From: Ptychomitrium polyphyllum
Lineage: Eukaryota
Direction: 5' to 3'
Assembly: GCA_973851085.1 (NCBI GenBank)
Contig: OZ316775.1
Coordinates: forward strand, 1,984,001 to 2,048,000
Length of the DNA: 64,000 bases
The position numbers and the translations under genes were made by a program. Each line of letters starts with the position of its first letter. Position 1 is the stretch's first letter. Shown here one piece after another: positions 40,402 through 53,138 of this stretch. The notes under the pieces are model-generated. The model was not told the DNA's origin. It did not search any database and was given only the letters and a program-made list of their open reading frames with translations.

Positions 40402-41341
40402 ACTCGTTCATTCTCTCCACAGATCAATTATATTTTAAGAATTGTCCCCCGAATATCACGCTTACTGTTGAGGTAACTCCTTGGACTTGGCCCAGATTTT
40501 CAATTTTTCAATTTTTGATGATTGCTTGTGAAAGTGTTCATCTGTCTCCGTGAACGAAAGCGTATCTTCTGATTGGCACAATTTGCTGGATGCGAATCCA
40601 GCATTTGGAGATAGCAAAAGCTACACTTTTAAAGATTTGGACAGTTTCAGGTTGGAAATTGTCTTCATTGTAATAGACCTCAGATTAAGTGAAATATTGA
40701 ATAGCATATTTAGATAATTCGTTGTACTAATAATCGATAACACTCGAAATTTGGCAATTCCTATTAACTTAGGCTGTCGTGTAGAACTTTCGTCGCAACT
40801 TCTTAAAACATAGTAAATATATGATTGACGATTGCACAATGCAACTTTACAATAGACAGTCGGCACACTGACAGAATAGCAACCAAACTATGTAGGTGAA
40901 TAGCATACACTCAGTACACAGAGTCGTCAAAACATATATGTATCAAATATTAAATCACAACATATCAACAAACCAATCCAACGTCAAAGTTTCTGGGCTA
41001 CTAATGTTGTGCAATGGATACTTCCAAAACCAATGGACAACCTTCGCACAAAAATTCCAAAAAAATTCCAAGCACGATGAGAAAAGATAAACAAAGTATG
41101 TATCAAAAACACGATAGGTATTATCGATTGCAAAGAAAGACGATTCTGATGCAACTGAAATGGATGCATACACGAACGCCCTTTAAATTCTCTATGCAAG
41201 CTTTGCATCGTTCTGCAAAACTAAACGATGTTACCCTAAATTTCCAGGGCCGCTAGAATGTAATTGCAATCAACTATCGCCATAAAGTATCCATGAATCA
41301 AACTGGCGCCTCAATAATCATCACCAACATGCTCCAGCAAT

Positions 41342-42076
41342 CTACTGCTTGGGGGTGACGCTGTCCTTGATGTTATTGTAAGCATTGGTCATGGCGTCAC
41401 CAGTCTGTTGCAGGATACTCCCGGCCGCGTCCTTGGCTTGGGTAGCCTTCTCGGCAGCAGTCTGCTGCGCGCTTGCGGCACTGGACTTGGCGTAATCAGC
41501 AGCTTCGCCAGCTTTGGTCTGCGCAGTACTCGTTGCCTCCGAAGCCTTGCTCTGGGTTGCACCTGCGGTGTCAGCAGCGGCGCCTTTGGCTTGGTTGGCC
41601 TTGTCGCCCAAGAAGCTACTGGCCTCGCTAGCCTTACTGCCAGCGGCATCCTTGGCTCCAGCTGCCTTATCTTGCGCAGTTCCAACCGCGTCAGAAGCAG
41701 CAGCCTTCGTGTCCTGTGCCTTCGCACCTGCAAAGTCTCCCGCTTGACTGGCCTTGTCTTGCGCACTTCCAGCAGCATTCTAGAAACAACCAACACCAAA
41801 ACACCCATGTCAGAAAAACAACCCCCACTTCTTTCATGTGATCAACCCACGAAGCACACATAACATCTACCAACCCACAATAACTACTCACATAGTCAGA
41901 GTGTGATCAAAAGAACAATAAATATCATTCATCCCCAGTAGTGGAAACGTCTCATCGAATGTTGAGATGTCTACCTTGGTGGCGTCCTCGGCCTGAGAAG
42001 CCTTCTCCTGCCCGAAACCCTTAGCCTCCTGAGCCCTCTGCCCAGCGGCATCCCTGGTCTGATCGACGGTCGACAT
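41342..42076 (-). CDS. Late embryogenesis abundant protein (group-3/LEA_4 type), 179 aa
   Basis: Exon 1 is 42076-41975 (MSTVDQTRDAAGQRAQEAKGFGQEKASQAEDATK|gtagac) and exon 2 is 41779-41342, in phase 0. The protein is Ala/Lys/Asp/Gln-rich, with 11-mer repeats such as TAQDKAAGAKD and TAQTKAGEAAD. Confidence 0.92.
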
Positions 42077-42250
42077 GATGTTGATAACTGAGCTACGTCA
42101 GGTGAATGAAGCAAGGAACTTCAAGACCACACTAGAAGTGAATACTAGCCTGAAGGATAAGCTGGTCCTGTAGACTACGAAATGGTGGAGGACAGATGGA
42201 CGTAGATGGAAATGAGAGAAAGGGCTGGCGAAGGTGGTGCGGGCGTTTCA

Positions 42251-42652
42251 CTTATAAGCTGGAGCGGAGTGGTGCAGTGGTGGTGCCCTGGGCAACTGCG
42301 CGGCCGCCGATCCGTGAGACCCCGCCATGCATGTCCTCCGTGGCGCTCGCTGGTGGTGCCATGCCACGGTGTTCTGTGTTTCATTGGGCTGGACCCTCCG
42401 ATCTCGATGGTGACTCGACTGCTGCAGTAACCGGACCAGCCAGCGAGCGAGCGAGCCAGTGACTACCATCGGGAATCACAATATGTTCCATCTCGAAGCG
42501 ACTCGAACGGCGAAACTCCTCATTAGCGGTTGACGACCGTGAGTACCAAGTTTCAGATATTCTGTACCTGCCAGGTGGCGAGTCCTGGAGAGTTTTAGCG
42601 GTACAAAGAGTGAGTTTCAGCGCTACCGTTGTCACGACGTCCCACTACGTGG
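42251..42652 (-). promoter_or_regulatory. Short-LEA promoter: TATA-like box, RY element and ACGT-core/ABRE elements
   Basis: TATAAG (minus strand) at 42251-42256, perfect RY CATGCATG at 42326-42333, GACGTC at 42636-42641, TACGTGG at 42646-42652. Confidence 0.55.
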
Positions 42653-42749
42653 AGGTCACGCCAGTGGTTGAGAACCTTGGGAGCGAACTGTGATTCCCAA
42701 GGAGGCCTGGAGTGAATAAGTCTATTCCCAGCCCATGTCCATGTACGAA

Positions 42750-44950
42750 TTACTCCTGTATAATATTATATGATACAAGTACTATCACCTAGTACCTAAT
42801 AAGCAGTAAGCAGTTATGAAAGCCCATAAAGCATCCAATAATCAAAGTGCTAAAGTATCCAATTGTATGTTAGAAGTTGCATTTGGTTAGAATAATAACA
42901 TTATGTGTTTGTAAGAAGTGAACGCCAAGTAATGAGCTCAGTTATTGATTGAGTGTCAGTGATTAGTGTTTATTGCATTTGTTTGGTCCAAGTTTAAAAT
43001 TAGATGGATACATACAAGTAAGGGTGTATTATTGTATTAATTTTTTGGAATTACATTGAGGGATTTCCTAATATTGAGCTTCCATAGGTACTTGAGACCT
43101 TGTAGCTAGGACATCACTATCATTAATGTTTGAGTGAATTTATTTATGCCATGGAACTAATTAAATGGACATTTTTCTTTGATGTTTGAAATGATAAATC
43201 TTTGTTTACAAATGATAATATGGATCATAGCATTGGTTGAATGTGATGAAATCAAATACTAGATTATTAAAAATTTAGATGATGGAAGAAAGAGATAGCA
43301 ATCATTAATGATTAAAGCAATTTATTTTTTAAATTCAATAATAAAACTTAATAATTGTATGTGTTAACAAAAAAAATACATTTAAAAGTCAAGATTAATG
43401 AAAGTAGACTTATTTAGGCTCTATTTTCAATTGAAGTGCACATATGAAGAAGAAGTTATATCTTTAAAAAGAACAATTAGGTTTTTAGAAAAAAAAATTT
43501 AAAAAGATTGTTGAAAAATGCTATATTTCCAAGCTTTAATAATTTAAAAAATTGAAAGTTGATTTTAGTGGCTCATAATATGACAAAAGAAGTTTTAAAA
43601 TCACTATTTCTAATTGGAGTTTAGAAATTTTCATTTAAAATGCAAATAAATTTGGAAAACAATCTTATTCAACAAATGTTTGGATCAACAATTGATTTTA
43701 TACAACTTTTTAAGGCCTTTAGAATTTGATATTAAAAAAACTACTATTATATAAATTTTTTATGGTAAAAAATCACAGTGTATTTTATTGAGAATTTCAC
43801 ATTTACAAGAATTTTTTAATTTTATTAAATATGATGTAGAATAAAAGAATAGTTTTACTTCAAATATTATATTGACAATTTTTATGACAATGTTTCTACA
43901 CATCATTTATTTTTATTTAAAACAAATTCATGCCATTAGATATGCTCGTTATTTTCTTCTTTTATCTTATCATCACATTTAAATGATCATTGATGGTCTT
44001 AAGTCCAATGATTATACCATTTTATAAAAGCTTAATAATTCTTCAATTTGAATCCAATTGAAGAATTATTAAGTTTTTCAAAGTCCTCAATTTTTCAATC
44101 TTTGGTGCAATCCTTTAATACCATCAATCAAGTATCAAAATTGATGAATATCTTATATTATCCAAATCCAACTTCTATGGCTTAGAAGCTGTGAAATTTA
44201 AAGCCTCTTTATACCTTTTCCTGTAAAAAATGAAAAAAGTAAAAAATTTCAAATTAAGATAAAATATATTAGACAAAAGATGGTCCACTAGAAAAGATGA
44301 GAAGACATTAATATAAAGTTGCATAAAAAAACTTATCTTCTTTCATAGACAAATTCTTAAATTGCCATTTTTTTTAAAAAGAATTTTCCAAAATAATTGT
44401 TTCCATATAATTAGTCAAGTCATTTTTTCATCCATTTTCAAATTACTTCTCTTACTCAAAATAAGGTAAGATGTAAACCTTAAAAAAGAAGTTAAAATTT
44501 TAATCAATATTATTGAAATTCTTTAAATATGATAGAAATCTCTTTTCTTATCAAAAATAAGAAAAGGTGTAAAGAGGCCCTAATTCCAATATAGACTTTG
44601 AAATAAATGGTGAATCTTTGTAGTAACTCAAGCTTCTACAAATGTTTTGGTACAATTGATATTTTGGATTATTAAATTGGTACATTCTAATCTCATGACT
44701 TTTCAAAATAGCATTGTGCATTGGAATTTATTCTATGGATATTTTATCTTGATATGTAGAATTCTATGATGTGTTTGTGATTTTTAATATTATTTCATGT
44801 GCTTGGGACACAAAAATACAAAAAAGACCTCCTTGGAAAAACCATAGAAAATAAAATTTATAATATATAGTTCTAACATGAAATCCCATTAGAATGTTCT
44901 AGTTCTTCATTGTGAGTACATGATAAGTTGATTAATCCTTTTCATTAAGT
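42750..44950. other. Very AT-rich, CpG-depleted intergenic block, probably decayed repeat/transposon DNA
   Basis: Composition only: no ORFs are listed in the track and no motif could be assigned. Similar blocks lie at ~13000-14480, ~20080-20890 and ~50850-53600. Confidence 0.4.
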
Positions 44951-45089
44951 AAAAACCTCAATTTGGACCACAATGCAGTAAGTGCAAATCTCTCCTACGG
45001 AACAAGTGTCTGAAGTACAACCGAATTTACAACAACTCATATCTCACAATCATCTAGGTAGTGCTACCACTGCCTCACAAATCTCTCAT

Positions 45090-47257
45090 TTACACTGAGT
45101 TCGCAAATTCCAGCAAAGCTTTGTTCACCTGTTCGGGAACTTCATCGTGGGGACAATGACCAGCTTGGAGACGCACAACAGTAGCCCTTGGATATAGTTC
45201 CTTGATCTGGTCGCATTTTGAAGGCCCCATCCAAGGATCCAAATCGCCCCACAGCAATAGCATTGGGCAGGAAAGCTGAGACAGAAGCTTGTTCATTGTC
45301 TGGTTCGAACGCTTCAGTAACACTCGCGTCATGAATCTGTGTTTTGAACCAATACCAAGCTTCTATGTCAGTTTCCAACATCAATTCAAAAGAGATTCGT
45401 ACAACAAGATCCTATCTTGTTTTAAACCTTCAGTAACCATCAACACATCAAATAGGCTGCAGAAAAAGAGGTAAACAAAATTGCCTGTAATAAACCTCCC
45501 CAGCGTTTGGATCTGATGTCGGCTGTACAATAGACTGCACTAAGTAATCATCCACATTGGTTTGATCTTTATATACCTGTATACATGCATCGTGAATGGT
45601 GTGAATAACATTTGTCAAGCATATTCACCTTTGTATACTTCAAACTGGCAAAAGTCATCAACACACAAATAGCCACACAACCAACCGGTTGAATGCTCTA
45701 TACTCACGAGTGCAGGCTGGCTCAGTAGAGCATTAGAGTTCGCTTACGTTTCGAAGTATTGATTCTATGCGTGCTGGCTGCTTGGCTTGCCAGAAGGCAA
45801 ACAATATAGTGTACTTTTGGACTACGTTTTTTATAGGGGAGATGAGAAGACGGCTTAGTAAGGACTCCTCCATTTTCACGACATCCTTCTCTGGAGTCTC
45901 ATCACCTAGCTTCTCTTCAGGAGCTGAACTTTCGAACTGGCCTGAAGCATTCAGCAACACCAACCCTGATACCAGATCGGGATACGCAGAGGCAGTGCTC
46001 AAAACAGTGAACCCCCCAACACTGCACACATGGAGATTCTATCGCTCATGAGAGAAGTCCTAACAGAAAATCTCAACAATGGTTACAAAATAGCATACAC
46101 ATGAAGCAGAATAACTCGAGATTTTAGGGTTTGGTACCTGTTGCCTCCCAGAATGGCTGGCTTTCCCACCACCTCTCTCACAAAATCCGCCACTTGATCT
46201 CGCCATACGTCGGCATTGTACTCTATCAGTGCTTTCTCTGACAATCCGAAACCTAGAAGGTCCATGGCATATACTGTGTGAGTCTTCGCCAATTCTGGGA
46301 TGTTGTATCTGCAGAAAATACATCGTTCAGATGAAAACTTCCTTATTTTCTGGATTTGGAACTTTCGACAAGGAATCAAGAGAAGGGACCGATTATTAGC
46401 CCTGTGTACCTCCAATGAAAAGCTGATGCGCCAAATCCGTGGATGAGGACCATGGGAGGACCCTGGCCTTGCACTACATAATGCACCCTATGGTTTCGCC
46501 ATGTCCAAAAGTTGTATCCGTCTTTCTTGTAAGGCAACTGTTCCAGTCCTGTTAGTTCACAGTTTCAGCAAGATGCATCAACGTCAAGAACGTGCAGTTC
46601 ATCTCAAAATAAAAGTGAGAAGAATGTGAGCGATGTTTGAGGATTGCAATAAATCGACAGCCTAACACTAAAAGCATACATTAAAAAATTTGTGTGCAAG
46701 TTTCATCATTCTTCCTGTGAATCTTTTTGAGGGTATTTTGCGGAAAAACTGCAAGAGCATTGTAAAGGTAAAGCTATTTCTCTTCATTGCATACAAGAAC
46801 AAAGAAAAAGTTTGTGGAACACACCTGTGGATGTAGATCCTCCAGCAGCAGTCTCCGCCAGAGCTGCTGCACACACAAGCAACGCACCGCCCTGCACAAG
46901 TGCCCTCCTCTGCACCCTCAACTCACCTACAAGCGCCCAGAGGTTAAAAACTCAGCTCCCATGCCTTCAAACCTATAAAGAAATTATGTGAAAACAAAAG
47001 GGATACCGACAGAAGGCCAAATAGCAAGTAAGTTTACCAACAAGCGGAGTCCAAGCCTTCCTGGAAGTAGAACTCCAAAGATGCGCCTGGCCTATGAGCT
47101 TTTGCCCAGCAACGACCGGGAGTGGTCTCAATCCACCCAATGGCGCTACTGCTGCACAAGCGACTCTACCTACACCACGGCTTGATTGTGTACAGGAGGT
47201 CGCCGACGTAATCCAAGTAGCAGACTTGTTCGGGGCAATGGGTGCAGTGAGATCCAT
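45090..47257 (-). CDS. Plastid-targeted alpha/beta-fold hydrolase (pheophytinase-like family)
   Basis: 7 exons: 47257-47038, 46926-46825, 46548-46410, 46308-46138, 46021-45748, 45576-45485, 45336-45090. It has a Ser/Thr/Ala-rich transit peptide and the motifs GYNFWTWR..HYVVQG..LIHGFGASAFHWRYNIPELA, MDLLGFG, nucleophile elbow GNSVGG, LWGDLDPW (Asp) and AGHCPHDE (His). Confidence 0.92.
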
Positions 47258-48199
47258 CGTCGAGGCTGCGGTTTAGTAGCACAGTTGCACCAACCAAGTG
47301 AACACAATATGGCACGCTGAAAGAATCCTGCAACCGAAATGAGGATGACTGCAGTGGAAACAACCTCTAGACGATTCTCCGACGGCGAGAAGTACACATG
47401 TACATGTTCGAATGTTCCTTAAGGTCGGCTGCTCGTGAAGAGAAAGTTGAACCTAGTGGAAGGAACTGAAAGCTAGTAGAATTGCGGTAGAAGTGCGGTG
47501 GAACAGCGGCGGAGTTGAATTGACGTGGTGTCTAGCAATTAAGTGGCACCACTAGTGCGGTTATGCTGCAGATTGATTTAATATGGAGCGTAGTAAGTTA
47601 TATCCGTTTAGTCGCGGTGCAGTGAGTGGTGTGTGTCCGAGCGCTGTGACAGCCACCATGATGCGCCTCCATCATTCATTTGGTTGGATGTTGCCACTCT
47701 GGCACTCCAGACCACTGTCCGTTGTCCATTTCAGTTCTTCCAGTAAGGGACCACACAGAACCTCAAACCAAAGCAAACCAAACCAAATCAAAGTGGGAGT
47801 TTGGTATGTGTGGAGTACAAGCTAATATCTACAAGTATGGCGACCATACAGAAGTTGCTCCTTCTCAAAATTGGATTCACATCTATACCAAATTAATTAA
47901 AGTCACAATTGTGGAGAATCTACCTTATGATATTTTGATTTAGTATGCATATTGAGTCCAACCTCTTCTAAACATCCAATGAACATCCAATGTGTTGCAT
48001 CTTTTCCTCATTTAATTCCATCAGTTTAGTTTGCACTAAAGAAGAAACAACATTTAATTACTGAAGAGGGAGTAAATAGTGTGTACAAAGGATTATTGTA
48101 TAGCGACATTCATAATGTCCCCATTTGATATAGCAAGTGATGCCACCTTCATGATGTTAGTTTTGAATATGATAGCAATGAAGGTTTGAAGAGCAAAAT

Positions 48200-50800
48200 C
48201 TTCAACTCTCATTCTTGTGTACTTTTGGCTCTTATTATATTGTCTTATTTTAAGACTTGTACATACCTATTATGGCAGCTAACCACCAAATTGATGTAAG
48301 GTCTTAATAAAAGGGCTAGGTACACAAATCTTTTAACCAAATATTAAGTTTAGTAATCACTAAATTTTCTTTCTATATGTTTTAAAAATTTTAAGTTTAA
48401 GCACATTGGTGTTTTTGTGGAGTTGCATTGAAGTATGTCAAATTTCTTGAGCAATTTCTTAATATATGTTTGCTATTAACATTATATCTCAAATTTATTT
48501 TTAATTTTAAAAATAATTTGGCTTTTAGTGATTTAATCATGTTGAACGTATTCAAAAATTATTAAATGAAATTGGTGATTTCTTATAGGTTGTCCCTAAT
48601 AATGATTAGGTCATCAATATAATATAGAACCATTATATAATGTTCATCTCAAATATTGTAATATAAATTAAATTTTATTATGTCTTTTTAAAAGCAATAT
48701 TTTGAAAGCATGTATTTATCTCACCATATCATTTGTATTTGTACTAAATTGAATATATTTCTAGAGCGTCTTTATTATTGGAAGTCACTTAAAATTTGCA
48801 TATGATTATTTTTCAAAACAAAATTTTGAAAAAATTATATTAATGTTTATTTGATTTTTAAAAAAAATTCTCTAAGTAATTATTAAAAGTTTAAAATTGA
48901 TAGTTCATTACATTATAGAAGAATATATATCAAAATAATCTCCATCTTATATTTGTTCAAGCCTCAAGCAACAATTTGCAATTTTAATATGTTTAATTGG
49001 CTATTATTATCTATTGTATTTTATAAATCCAATAATTGGATGCTCTTTTAATAGAAAATATACTAGCTTCTAGGTGTGCTTTTAAAATATGGAATTTATT
49101 CACTCCTCATAGTTTATGGCCACTTATGATGTAGCCACTTGTAGATTTAAGCATATTAATAGAATTAGGTGCTCTTTTAATTGAAAGTATATCGTCTCAA
49201 AGCAATATATAAGCTAAATTGTATTAACTGTTGGCAAAAGAATTGATTCATTAAGATTTTTGGTGGTATTAAGATATAACATCTATTTTTTGCTTTCATC
49301 AAATGCTACACCTTTGTAATGATTATTTTTCTAACCTTGTGGCTCATATATCCTATATGCTTTTGAATTTTCTTAATATTCTATCATCAAGCATTCTTAT
49401 GTCTTGCAATTTAACTTTTTGTAACGTAATTTTGGTATTAAAATGTAACTTAAGCATCCAAAAATATGTCATTGACATATATTAGATTTTATTCAATATT
49501 AATACTTGTCAGATGTTCTATTTTTTATAGGAATTATTAATTTCTTTGCTGATAATGTAATTTGTTGTATTAATAGTCTTTCTTCACAAAGAACCTAACA
49601 AGTGAAAATTTAATACTATATTACACATACATTGATGATGGTGCCATTTGTCATTCAACATTATTCTTTAGCCTTAATTAATTGTGTGCAATTATCATAT
49701 TCATTATTTAACACTAATTGTTTGATCATAATGCTGCAATGGTGCCTAATATAATGAGGCATTCTACTAGTATTAAGTAGCATTTAAGACTTGTCAAATA
49801 AAAAACAATGTCTAAAATTATTAATTTGTATTGAATGCCATAATATTACATTGTCATTGCCAATAATTTTCTTTGTTTATTGTCTTTCTCCACATTCCAA
49901 TAATTATATAAAAGCTATTTTTATAATCTTATTTGTGCACCTAAGATTTCCATTTCAATTGCCTCTTCCTAAACTATTGTTATATTTTGCCTAGGTATAT
50001 TTGGTTTAAATATTTATAATTAAAAAAATTTAATTGGATGGTATAGGCTTTGCATACATAACAACAAAAATCCTCTAGTATTCACTAATTGTTTGCTAGC
50101 TCCATGCACATTATATGTTTCTAACTTACAACCATTAACACCAACATTGTTACTAAATCTACATCTTCTAAATTATTAAAATTAAACTACTAGTGTTTCT
50201 TTGTTTTTGATTTGTCTACTACTTAATTTCATTAAGTGAATTATATTAAGTGGTTTTTAATATATAATTGTAAATGATGGAAGTTTGTCCAAAATTATAA
50301 AAGTTTAAACCATTGATCTAAAAACTTCTAGATAGATCACTTAACATTAGTCAAATCATTACAACATCTTTGAAATTGTTTAAGCAAACTAAGTTTTTTT
50401 TTTTTTGCATATTAAATGAAGTCTTTAACATTGCCTACTTTAGGCACCATCAATTGATGGAGTTTGATGAAAAGAAAGATTATTTTAGATGCATTTTTTG
50501 TTGCAAACAAATAGATCTTTTAATACCTTCTAAATATCATTTGGATCTCTATTTTTTAATGCATAATTTACAAGCTTGTGTTTAACCACCATAACTTGAT
50601 AAACTTTTGCTTTTTGCTAAATGGCCTTGAATTTTAATTTTACTATAAATTTCCTTGTACTATGGTTGAAAATGACTTTGGTACTATTTTGGTTTCAACA
50701 ATCTATTACATAATTTCTATTTTCAATAACTCTTGTATCTTAAGTTTCCTTAAGTTGTAATTGTTCTCATCTTCTAATTTACAATTGTTACTCATAACAC
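48200..50800 (-). mobile_element. Heavily decayed Ty1/copia LTR-retrotransposon remnant (gag, zinc knuckle, protease, integrase; RT/RNaseH and LTRs not recognised)
   Basis: Minus-strand translation, broken by stops and frameshifts, gives copia motifs in the expected order: KLEDENNYNLRKLKIQELL (~50780, gag N-terminus), PNDI*KVLKDLF (~50550), IFLFIKLHQL..GNVKDFI (~50490), CYVCKAY/HPIKF (CCHC knuckle, 50063-50023), MTNGTIINV (~49655) and L.K/LIYV (~49495, protease region), I*ATRL (~49345, pre-integrase), GE..F..YC...I (~48720, integrase core), VVSC..YVQV (~48285). Confidence 0.65.
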
Positions 50801-53080
50801 CTCATAATATTTCCTTTCTTGTTGTAGCTATTTTATATTCTATTATCTTTATGGAATATTTATTTGAATCATTTTTCATAAAAATTACAATTCATTCAAA
50901 TGATGTCTAGTTTTATTTGTATATAATTGGAAGCAATGCTTATCAATTTGTTAAGAGCTATATCTCTGGGTACATTCTAATATCATTTTAAAAATAACAC
51001 CTAATTATTAAAGAAATATTAAATAATGAATACAAATGAATTTGATATTATAATGAATTAAAGTCAAACCACAATTATAGAGCAATACTAATAATGTTAT
51101 CAATTGCTGTAGCAGTTGATGTTACCATCATGACATGAATTTTCAAAATAATAACAATGTGTTTAGAATTTGTATAACTTTCTAGCATGTTTCCATTTAT
51201 GCATATCTTTTAATTTTCATTGTATGTAATAACTTATATTATATAGTATATATATTATATATATTATATTGTATTATATATATTCAAATCAAAATAATAC
51301 TTTTCATCTAATTTATCTTGATTGTAATGAGTTTCATTTTAATAATGTTTTAATTTAAATAAAAATTAATTAAAAAATTGATCAACTATTTATCATTTAT
51401 AATGTAAAGTTTAATAAAGCTTAAATAATATATTGGATAAAAACTCAATAAAAAAAACAATAGAAATATATTGTTCCTTGATGCATTAATTTGTGGTTTT
51501 AAAGCTATTTAATAGAATTTTAAGTAGTTGGAAAAAAATCCATCAATATTTGAAATGACATGTTCAATTCATTAGTTATTTTAAAAGATGCGTCTAACTT
51601 AAAAGCAATTTCTTGTTAGCAATTGGTGTATTTTACTTTTAAAACATCATAGTGTTTGTCTTGTAGTATTTGTTTTGTTATTTTCATCTTTTTTTATTGA
51701 CAAGTGTATTAAAAAGCATTTTCTTCATTCACATCTCATTGCTTCTAAATTTTTACATTTTGGATGAATGTTGAACTTTAATCAGTAGTTATGGATTGAC
51801 TTTTAAACTTTAAAAAATATAATTGAAATTTCTTTGGTGCATTTTTAGTGTTGATTTGATTCTTATGTAGTTTTGATTTTTGTCAATATGGCATATTTAC
51901 TAACAATATGGCTTTTGTGTTGACATTGCTTTTTTACTACAAAAGTGTAATTTTAATAAGACTATTGGCACAAATAATTAACCTATTATTTTACACCTTC
52001 TTGAGGTGCATACACATGTTGGACTTTTATTTTGCTACCAACCTTTTGCAATTATAATTTTTGTTGTCAAATTTTTAATTAATTCATTGTTTCATTTATA
52101 AAATCATTCATGAAAGACTTCAATAGAATTATAGATTGGATGACGTATTATAGCAAAAGTTTGTATGCATAGTAGGGCATTTAATAAAGTAGGTAGTTAT
52201 ACAAGTAAAAAAAACATACATAAGAACTTGTACATGCTTCAATTTCTATAGTCATTTGAAGAAAATTGTATGTGATTGAGATTGTAATTACTTTTTAGAG
52301 CCAAGCGTCAACATTGTAACCATTTCAAATGATACCAAATATGTATTTGTTCTTTTAAATTGAGCATGTTGAAAAAAACATAAATTACTTGCATACAAAT
52401 ATAACATTTTATTAATTAAATGGTTTCAAAGTAGGTTACAATGCAACATTTCAATTTGAATGCCTAGAATATTATTTTTTCAATAAACACTCTATTGTTG
52501 AGCAACTCTTGTAATTATAAAGTTGTAATAAATTATGACTATATTTACTTTTTGTTAAGTAACGCTATAATAAATAGGTATAAATAAAGTATTTAATTTA
52601 TTTTTAAAAATATTTTCAATTACTCTGAAATTTCAATATATAGTAAAAGAAGAACCTAATTTACATAAAAAATGGTATATTATATTTTGAGAAATATTAG
52701 TAATAATCGGGAATGATTGGAATAATTTTTGATAGATAGAATCTATAATTTAAATTCTTAGAATAAATCTTCATTTTAATATTCATTTATAAAGGTCAAT
52801 AATAAAACATATGAAACTTTTTAATCTGTAAATGTTTCATATAATTACAATAAGAATCATTTATAAAAAAAAAATCTTTAAAAATCTTTAATTTTTGAAT
52901 TCTTTTAAAATTGAACAATATCAAAAATTCAAAATGAATCTTGTAAAATATGTTTTTCAAGTCTCCACATGCAATAAGAGAAATGCACTAACTTTAAATT
53001 GGAGAAAATATAATTGAGTGCTAAAGAAGTATTAATTCAAACATTACTTTATAAAATATACACACACATACATATATATA

Positions 53081-53082
<2 letters not shown>

Positions 53083-53134
<52 letters not shown>
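53083..53134. repeat. (TA)n microsatellite
   Basis: About 25 consecutive TA units, read directly. Confidence 0.95.

Positions 53135-53138
<4 letters not shown>

Noticed and set aside
49500..49995. Plus-strand fragments resembling PIF1/Helitron helicase motifs (IDDGAICHSTL, LKLLICIE, FQLPLP)
   Set aside because: The matches are weak, and the same DNA is better explained by colinear copia gag/protease motifs on the minus strand.
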